From an uncultured Fibrobacteria bacterium (GTDB lineage Bacteria; Fibrobacterota; Fibrobacteria; UBA11236), in assembly GCA_963716395.1 (NCBI GenBank), contig OY970309.1:1876402-1940401 (forward strand): a DNA stretch of 64,000 nucleotides, given 5' to 3'. Below the pieces are notes generated by a model. The model did not search any database. It had not been told where the DNA came from and saw only the letters and a program-made list of their open reading frames with translations. The translations under genes and the position numbers were made by a program. Below are positions 58,227 through 64,000 of this stretch, in pieces; position 1 is the stretch's first letter, and each line of letters begins with the position of its first letter.

Positions 58227-59165
58227 CTAATGCCCGTTGCCGCAGTCGCCGGCTTCGCATTGACCGGCCTGCAAGGTGATGTGGCCGATGCCGAATTCGC
58301 GCTGCAGGTTTTGGCGCAAGGCCGACACCACCTGGGGCTCGCTTTGCTCGCCTTCGCCGGTGGCCACATGCGCGCTGAGGTAAAGGTCGCGGCCGTTCAA
58401 CGTCCACACATGCATGTCATGCACGTCGCGCACCTGCGGGGTGGCGAGCATGGCGCGGCGCACGCTTTCGAGATCCACCTCTTCGGGTGTGCCTTCGACG
58501 AGAATATGGGCGCTGCGGCCCAGCACGCGCACCGCACCCGCGCTCAGAATGGCGGCGATGAACAAGGTGGCCGCGGGGTCGACCCAAAGCCAGCCCTTGG
58601 CGTACAGCAACGCCCCGGCCAAAAGGGCGGCGGCCGAGCCCAGGGCGTCGCCGGCAATATGCAGCAGCACACTGTCTTCGTTCAGGTTTTTTTCTTCGCC
58701 GCCGCGGTGCAGCCAAGTCGCCATGCCCAGATTGAGCAGCAGACCCAGACCCGCCACCACCATCATGGGTTTCGCGGCCGGGGTTTCGGGGCGCCAGAAG
58801 CCCACCGCGGCCTTGACGGCCAACACCGTGGTGAGCACCAGCAACACCACGGTGTTGGCAAAAGCCGCCAGCACTTCGAAACGTTTGTAGCCAAAGGTCT
58901 TTTCGGCGGTGGGCCGCCGCAAGCTGAGACGCGCCGCACCCGCGGCCAAAGCGAAGGCGACGGTGTCGGAAAGCATGTGCAGGGCGTCGGAAAGCAGGGC
59001 CAGCGAATGGGCCCAGAACCCGGTCGCAGCTTCCACCGCCATGAAGACCGCTGCCAGGCCGAAACAAACCAGCAGGCGGGCTTGGGACGAAACCGGGGAA
59101 CGCGCCGGGTACTCCACCGAAGAAGGTTCCCCGCGGGCTCGGGTCGCAGTGTGAGGGAATGCCAT
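58227..59165 (-). CDS. Cation diffusion facilitator (CDF) family metal efflux transporter
   Basis: ORF 58227..59210; start placed at Met 16; CDF motifs (SLALLSDALHMLSD), His-rich regions, C-terminal cytoplasmic domain. Confidence 0.85.
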   Translation of the reverse strand: MAFPHTATRARGEPSSVEYPARSPVSSQARLLVCFGLAAVFMAVEAATGFWAHSLALLSDALHMLSDTVAFALAAGAARLSLRRPTAEKTFGYKRFEVLAAFANTVVLLVLTTVLAVKAAVGFWRPETPAAKPMMVVAGLGLLLNLGMATWLHRGGEEKNLNEDSVLLHIAGDALGSAAALLAGALLYAKGWLWVDPAATLFIAAILSAGAVRVLGRSAHILVEGTPEEVDLESVRRAMLATPQVRDVHDMHVWTLNGRDLYLSAHVATGEGEQSEPQVVSALRQNLQREFGIGHITLQAGQCEAGDCGNGH

Positions 59166-59358
59166 GCGGTGCTCCGCGCTCAGAATAACCCGAGAAAGAG
59201 ACGGCGGCAAGGCGGATGCGGGGCCGTGGCCGGCTGCCCCGCTTTTTCCCTGTCGGCGAGGAAAAATTTTCAGGCCAGAGAAACGTTGACGGGTTTAAGA
59301 TTGAGATTTAGTCTTAATCATGAGGTCCGGTTTCCCTTCCAAATTGCAAGGAGTCTGT

Positions 59359-60561
59359 ATGTCCCATCCCGTTCCCATCCTGAAGCCCGAGCCCGCCGCC
59401 CGGGCGCCTTTCCCTCGCCGGTTTACTCTCGGCCTCGCCTGCGCCGTGGGCGTCGCCTTGTCGGCCACTCCCGCCTCGGCCGATTCGGCCCCTTCCCTCG
59501 GCGGCTATGGCGAAATCGCCTACAATCATTATCCGCGGGGCGCCGACCGGGACCAGGCCGATCTCAAACGCTTCGTGATTTTCCTCGGCTACGGCTTCAA
59601 CGATCAATGGAGCTTTAACAGCGAGGTGGAATGGGAGCACGCGGTGGCCAGCGCCGACGACTTGGGCGAAAGCGAGATTGAACAGGCCTATTTGAATTAT
59701 CAATTTGCGCCGTCGCTGAACCTCAAGACCGGACTTTTCTTGATGCCGTTCGGGCTTCTCAACCAGGCGCATGAACCGCCGGTTTTCTACGGTGTCGAGC
59801 GCAACGAGGTGGAAACCCGCATCATTCCCAGCACTTGGCGCGAAGGCGGCATCGGCCTTTCCGGCAACACCGCCCTCGGCCTCGACTTCGACGCCGGCGT
59901 CACCACCGGTTTCGACGTCGCCAAATTCGACGATCCCGGGTCGCCCCTGAGCTCGATGCATCAGGAATTGCAACTTGCCAAGGCCAATGATCTGGCGGCG
60001 TACGGGGCCCTAAACTACCGCGGCCTTCCGGGGTTCACCCTCGGAGGCGCGTTGTTTACCGGTAATTCGGGGCAAAGCAATGCCGATTTCGAATCCGATC
60101 AATCCGGGCCCGATTTCTCCGGCATCAACGGCCGCATCTTTTTATGGGACGGCCATACCCGCTGGCAAAAAAAAGGCTGGGATCTGGAAGCCGTCTATGC
60201 CCAAGGTGTGATCGGCGAGGCGGATCGCATCGACGCGCAATTGCAGGCCTTTAACGCTGCGAACAACGATGATCGCCCCTATGTGCCGGATCAATTCTAT
60301 GGTTGGTTGGTGCAAGGCGCGTACACGGTTTTCCGGCATGGGGATCTTTCTTTGGCCCCTTTTCTGCGCTACGAACAGTATGACACGCAACTGAAAATGC
60401 CGGCGGGATTCACGTACGATCCTACGAATGCCGACCGCGTGACCACGGCGGGTTTTTCCTTTAAACCTCTGTCGCAGGTGGTGTTCAAAGCCGATTATCA
60501 GTATTACAAGGATCATACCGACAATAGCCGCTTCAACCTCGGCCTCGGGTACATGTTTTAA
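59359..60561 (+). CDS. Outer membrane beta-barrel protein (porin-like)
   Basis: ORF 59320..60561; start placed at Met 14 behind AAGGAG; signal peptide; alternating beta-strand pattern; C-terminal ...GLGYMF. Confidence 0.65.
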   Translation: MSHPVPILKPEPAARAPFPRRFTLGLACAVGVALSATPASADSAPSLGGYGEIAYNHYPRGADRDQADLKRFVIFLGYGFNDQWSFNSEVEWEHAVASADDLGESEIEQAYLNYQFAPSLNLKTGLFLMPFGLLNQAHEPPVFYGVERNEVETRIIPSTWREGGIGLSGNTALGLDFDAGVTTGFDVAKFDDPGSPLSSMHQELQLAKANDLAAYGALNYRGLPGFTLGGALFTGNSGQSNADFESDQSGPDFSGINGRIFLWDGHTRWQKKGWDLEAVYAQGVIGEADRIDAQLQAFNAANNDDRPYVPDQFYGWLVQGAYTVFRHGDLSLAPFLRYEQYDTQLKMPAGFTYDPTNADRVTTAGFSFKPLSQVVFKADYQYYKDHTDNSRFNLGLGYMF

Positions 60562-60577
60562 GATTCGGGAGGATGTT

Positions 60578-61093
60578 GTGAGACACAGCGCGTGGGTCTG
60601 GCTTCCCGTGGCCGCCATTTCCACCTCGGTTTACGCCAAAACCTATTTCACCGTGGCCGAGGCCCAGCAAGCGATCTTTCCCGGGGAAAAACTCACCCCC
60701 GACTTCCTCACTTTGAGCGACTCGCAGGCGGCGCTCATCGCCAAACGAACCGGACAGGACGTGATCCACCGGCAGATCAAGGCGTGGAAAGTCGCCGGGG
60801 GCGGGTGGTTCATCGTCGACGAAGTGGTGGGCAAGCACGAGCTCATCACCTATGCCGTCGGCCTGAACCCGGACGGCAGCGTCAAGCAAATCGAAATCAT
60901 GGATTACCGCGAATCCTACGGCTATGAGATTCGCAACGCCAGATGGCTGCGGCAATTCGCGGGCAAGACGGCGGCCGATCCGGTTATGCTGAACCAGGAT
61001 ATCGGCAATATCAGCGGCGCCACCCTTTCTTCGCGGCACGTGACCGAAGGCGTCCGGCGCGTGCTGGCAACCTATGCCGTCGCGCTCAAATAG
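60578..61093 (+). CDS. Secreted FMN-binding domain protein (flavinylation substrate)
   Basis: 171 aa; signal peptide; FMN_bind-like fold with NISGATLSSR, the S/T-G-A-T motif flavinylated by ApbE-type transferases. Confidence 0.75.
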   Translation: MRHSAWVWLPVAAISTSVYAKTYFTVAEAQQAIFPGEKLTPDFLTLSDSQAALIAKRTGQDVIHRQIKAWKVAGGGWFIVDEVVGKHELITYAVGLNPDGSVKQIEIMDYRESYGYEIRNARWLRQFAGKTAADPVMLNQDIGNISGATLSSRHVTEGVRRVLATYAVALK

Positions 61094-61976
61094 CCTGGAG
61101 CGCGCCCGTCCCCTGCTGGGGACTTTGGTCATGATTCGCGTCGAAGCGGCCGCGGATCGCCCGGCCTTGGCGGCGGCGGTGGATCAGGCTTTTGCCGCGG
61201 TCGAACGCGTGGAGCGTCGCATGAGTTTCCACGACAGTAACAGCGATGTTTCCCATATCAACGCCGCCGCGGCCGGAGGCGAAATTTCCGTCGACCCGGA
61301 AACGATGCGGGTCCTGTCGTTCGCCTTCGTTCTGGGCGAGCTTTCCCGCGGAGCGTTCGATATCGCGGCGGCCCCGGCGCTGGTGCGGGCGGGATTTCTG
61401 CCGGCGCGACCGCCCCGCGCAAGGCCCGGTGCAGATGCCACCTTCCGCGACTTGGAATTGCTCGACGACCGCCGCGTCCGGTGGAAGCGCAAGGGATGGA
61501 TCGATTTGGGGGGCATTGCCAAAGGGTATGCCGTCGATCGCGCCGTCGCAGTGCTGCAAGCGCAGGGCGTGGCGCATGGCGTGGTCAATGCCGGCGGAGA
61601 TTTGCGCTGCTTCGGCCGGCCGCAACCCGTCGCCGTCCGCCATCCCGAGGCGCTGGCCGCCCGCATCCCGTTGGGAAAGCTGTCCAACCGCGCCTTGGCG
61701 ACTTCCGGCGGATATTATTCCAGCGGCGCAGACGGCGGACGTCGGGTGGAGCCCCTGGTCGATCCCAAGCGGCAGGCCTGCACGACCTGGGGCGCCAGCG
61801 TGAGCGTCGCGGCCTCCGATTGCATGACCGCCGACGCGCTGACCAAGGTCGTGCGCCTGGCTCCGCGGCGTACTCCGGAAATCCTGGCGCGCTTTCACGC
61901 CCAGGCTTTCGTGTTGCGCCGCAACCGCCTGCGTTGTTGCGGCGAGATGATTCTGCAACCGGAAACCGCAAAGTGA
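61074..61976 (+). CDS. apbE: FAD:protein FMN transferase (ApbE family)
   Basis: 300 aa; ApbE motifs (LLGTLVMIRV, DLGGIAKGYAVD); overlaps the FMN-binding gene by 20 nt; no obvious signal peptide from this start. Confidence 0.85.
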   Translation: MPSRSNSLERARPLLGTLVMIRVEAAADRPALAAAVDQAFAAVERVERRMSFHDSNSDVSHINAAAAGGEISVDPETMRVLSFAFVLGELSRGAFDIAAAPALVRAGFLPARPPRARPGADATFRDLELLDDRRVRWKRKGWIDLGGIAKGYAVDRAVAVLQAQGVAHGVVNAGGDLRCFGRPQPVAVRHPEALAARIPLGKLSNRALATSGGYYSSGADGGRRVEPLVDPKRQACTTWGASVSVAASDCMTADALTKVVRLAPRRTPEILARFHAQAFVLRRNRLRCCGEMILQPETAK

Positions 61977-61999
61977 CGTCCCCGCGTTCCTCCTCGCCC

Positions 62000-62467
62000 A
62001 TGCGCCTGAGCCGCCGGCATGAACGCTGGGTCTACGGCATAGGCGGCCTCCTGTTTCTTTCCGGCGTGGGCTGGCTGATCGCCCATTATTTCCTGGCCAA
62101 GCCCGACGCCTTCGGAAATTCCTTTCATCCCTCCGAACCCTGGTGGCTGCGCCTGCACGGCGCGGCGGCCATGGGATTTCTGCTGGTGCTCGGTTCCCTG
62201 TTCCCTCGGCATCTCGTTCCTGCCTGGAGGGTGCGCAGGAATTTCCGCAGCGGTCTCGGCGTGATTGGGGTGATGGCCTTGCTGATCGCCACCGGATACG
62301 GGTTGTACTACGCCGCCGGCGAACAATCCCGGCCCTGGATCAGCGCCATCCACTGGATAATTGGCTTGCTGGCCGCGCTGATCGTGCCGTGGCATGCCTG
62401 GAGGGGAAAGCGGACCCGAGGCGTGCGCCCCGCCGCCTCCGCGCCCCGCGGTCCCCGGTCCCGGTGA
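62000..62467 (+). CDS. Small polytopic membrane protein (DUF4405-like, possible heme-binding), putative
   Basis: 155 aa from the ATG (in-frame GTG at 61973 would give GTGA coupling to apbE); 3-4 TM helices with conserved-looking His/Trp (HYF, WW, HWIIG). Confidence 0.5.
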   Translation: MRLSRRHERWVYGIGGLLFLSGVGWLIAHYFLAKPDAFGNSFHPSEPWWLRLHGAAAMGFLLVLGSLFPRHLVPAWRVRRNFRSGLGVIGVMALLIATGYGLYYAAGEQSRPWISAIHWIIGLLAALIVPWHAWRGKRTRGVRPAASAPRGPRSR

Positions 62468-62643
62468 AGAATCGGATCGGCGGCATGGCCTTTGCCTCAG
62501 GGGGCGCCGGGATTGAACGAGGCTTCGATTTACCGATACCCCCTGGGAACAACTTCTACGGCCCCTTCGTCGAAGGGCCTGAAGCCCATGACTCTTACTT
62601 CTTATAAGTGGCATGATTGGGGTTTAGAGCAAATTTTGGATAG

Positions 62644-63357
62644 GTGCCGGCATGCGCGGCATTCTGGAGGGCACGATTGACGGCTGGGAAAAATGTCCCA
62701 AAACCCAACGCCGGGCGGAGGTTTTATCCCCGACGGCGTCCTCAAGGCGGGCCGGTAGAGAGCGGGCGACATTTTTCCGGCCGGTTGGGGTTGGGGTTGG
62801 GATTTTGCCTGTTTGCGGCCGGGGCTTCGTTCGCCGGTCCGGAAGGCACCAATCGTTTTGGTGTCAATCTGGAATTCGTGGGCTTGACCTATCACCCGGG
62901 CGGGGGGGAAAACGAAGGTTATCCGCGGCAGCTTGATGACGGGGCCTATTGGGTGTTGCTGTTGGGGGCGCAGGTCGACGCGGACTGGTATTTCCACAAG
63001 TATGGATTGCTCCGGGCCTCCGTGGCCTTGAACAAGGATTGCGCCGATGTGTGGTCGGGCTTCTTCCATCTGGGTCCCCGCCTCAATCTTCCCTGGGGTC
63101 CGCACTTCGTTTTCCGCATCGGCATCGGCCCCACCTTGGTGTGGCGGCAGAATTGGTACGGAGTGGTGGCGGGCTATACGCATGACAGTTTTTACGGCCA
63201 AGGGACAAGCGGCGCCTTCCAGTCGCGGTTTATATGGTATGGCGGGAACATCGATCTGGAATGGAAGGTGAAACGCAATATCAGTCTGGTCTACGGCAAT
63301 ATCCCGGGTTACCCCCACGTCATCACCAGCAGTTTCGGCGCCCGATACAGTTTTTAA
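62644..63357 (+). CDS. Small outer-membrane beta-barrel protein (PagL/OmpW-like?)
   Basis: Signal peptide GRLGLGLGFCLFAAGASFA; amphipathic beta strands; C-terminal aromatic ...RYSF; start codon uncertain (no in-frame ATG near the signal peptide). Confidence 0.45.
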   Translation: MPACAAFWRARLTAGKNVPKPNAGRRFYPRRRPQGGPVESGRHFSGRLGLGLGFCLFAAGASFAGPEGTNRFGVNLEFVGLTYHPGGGENEGYPRQLDDGAYWVLLLGAQVDADWYFHKYGLLRASVALNKDCADVWSGFFHLGPRLNLPWGPHFVFRIGIGPTLVWRQNWYGVVAGYTHDSFYGQGTSGAFQSRFIWYGGNIDLEWKVKRNISLVYGNIPGYPHVITSSFGARYSF

Positions 63358-63431
63358 TTCTCGGGCAGCCGGTGCGCGCCCTGCAATCCCCGGCCCTTGA
63401 CCCGCCGGGCGCCGATTGCTCCCTTGCCGCT

Positions 63432-64000
63432 ATGATCGCCTTCGGTATCGAGACCTCGTGCGACGAAACCGGGTGCGGGCTGGTCGATGCCGACTACCGC
63501 ATCCTGGGGCAAAGCCTGTATAGCCAGGCGGCGCAACATGCGCGCTACGGAGGCGTGGTGCCCGAAGTGGCGGCCCGATCGCATTTGGAAAAGCTGGGGT
63601 TGGTGGCGGCCGCGGCTTTGGAGGCTTCGGGACGCACCGTGCACGAGATTGATCTCATCGCCTACACGCGCGGCCCGGGTTTGCTCGGGCCCTTGCTGGT
63701 GGGGGCTTCCTTTGCGCAGGGGTTGGGCCGCGCCCTGGGCAAGCCCGCGCACGGGCTCAACCATCTCGAAGGCCATGTGGCGGCCGCGTATTTTACCGAC
63801 CCCGATTTGCGTCCGCCCTTCTTGACCTTGCTGGTTTCCGGCGGTCACACCGAATTGGTGCTGGCGCAGCCGGGTTTCCGCTTTCAGGTGCTGGGCCGCA
63901 CGCGCGATGACGCCGCGGGCGAAGCCTTCGACAAATGCGGCAAACTGCTGGGTCTGGGATATCCGGCCGGCCCCGAGGTGGCGGCTTTGGCCGCCCAGGG
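63432..64000 (+). CDS. tsaD: tRNA N6-adenosine threonylcarbamoyltransferase TsaD (3' end outside window)
   Basis: Absent from the ORF track because it has no stop in the window; translation MIAFGIETSCDETGCGLVD...VPEVAARSH...NHLEGH...LLVSGGHTEL...DDAAGEAFDKCGKLLGLGYPAGP is canonical Kae1/TsaD. Confidence 0.9.
   Translation, partial: MIAFGIETSCDETGCGLVDADYRILGQSLYSQAAQHARYGGVVPEVAARSHLEKLGLVAAAALEASGRTVHEIDLIAYTRGPGLLGPLLVGASFAQGLGRALGKPAHGLNHLEGHVAAAYFTDPDLRPPFLTLLVSGGHTELVLAQPGFRFQVLGRTRDDAAGEAFDKCGKLLGLGYPAGPEVAALAAQ

Noticed and set aside
1-64000. CRISPR arrays, tRNA/rRNA genes, insertion sequences, integrases, prophage genes
   Set aside because: No regularly spaced direct repeats, no tRNA-like structures in the intergenic regions, and no transposase- or integrase-like translation in any frame.

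Overview
High-GC (roughly 60-70%) Gram-negative chromosomal segment with about 48 protein-coding genes. I recognised no rRNA, tRNA, CRISPR array, transposase or integrase. Gene calls rest on reading the six-frame translations against families I know; no database search was run, and coordinates read directly from the sequence (regulatory sites) are approximate to a few bp. The ORF track reports the first ATG/GTG/TTG after a stop, so many true starts are internal and were re-placed using signal peptides, conserved N-termini, RBS and ATGA/GTGA stop-start overlaps. Content in order: 3' half of an RND pump; a perR(fur-family)-dps-ahpC peroxide-stress operon with a palindromic operator; an MBOAT O-acyltransferase with partner protein; trehalose synthase fused to a maltokinase-like domain; an OMF-MFP-RND efflux operon and a TonB-dependent receptor in a somewhat lower-GC block; hldE; an AT-rich repeat-bearing region followed by lipoprotein / TIGR02147-like / lipoprotein genes; a large envelope glycan locus (GT9 heptosyltransferase, GT4, Wzx flippase, 900-aa secreted protein, SGNH hydrolase, AsnB, ArnT-like/GT2/DegT trio, frameshifted methyltransferase) interrupted by an AAA+ ATPase flanked by palindromes; an MFS transporter; a vapBC-type toxin-antitoxin pair with a tandem palindromic operator; purB, argB, argC; a ferredoxin and a 627-aa protein translationally coupled to dnaE; FemAB-like acyltransferase, DivIVA, MscS; a sugar ABC transporter whose second permease is frameshifted; a CDF transporter; a porin / FMN-binding protein / ApbE / small membrane protein module; a small beta-barrel OMP; and the 5' part of tsaD. 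The candidates I rate most likely to be under-described are the flavinylation module (59.2-62.5 kb), the TIGR02147-like/lipoprotein locus with its repeat-rich leader (20.0-23.5 kb), and the dnaE-coupled 627-aa protein.
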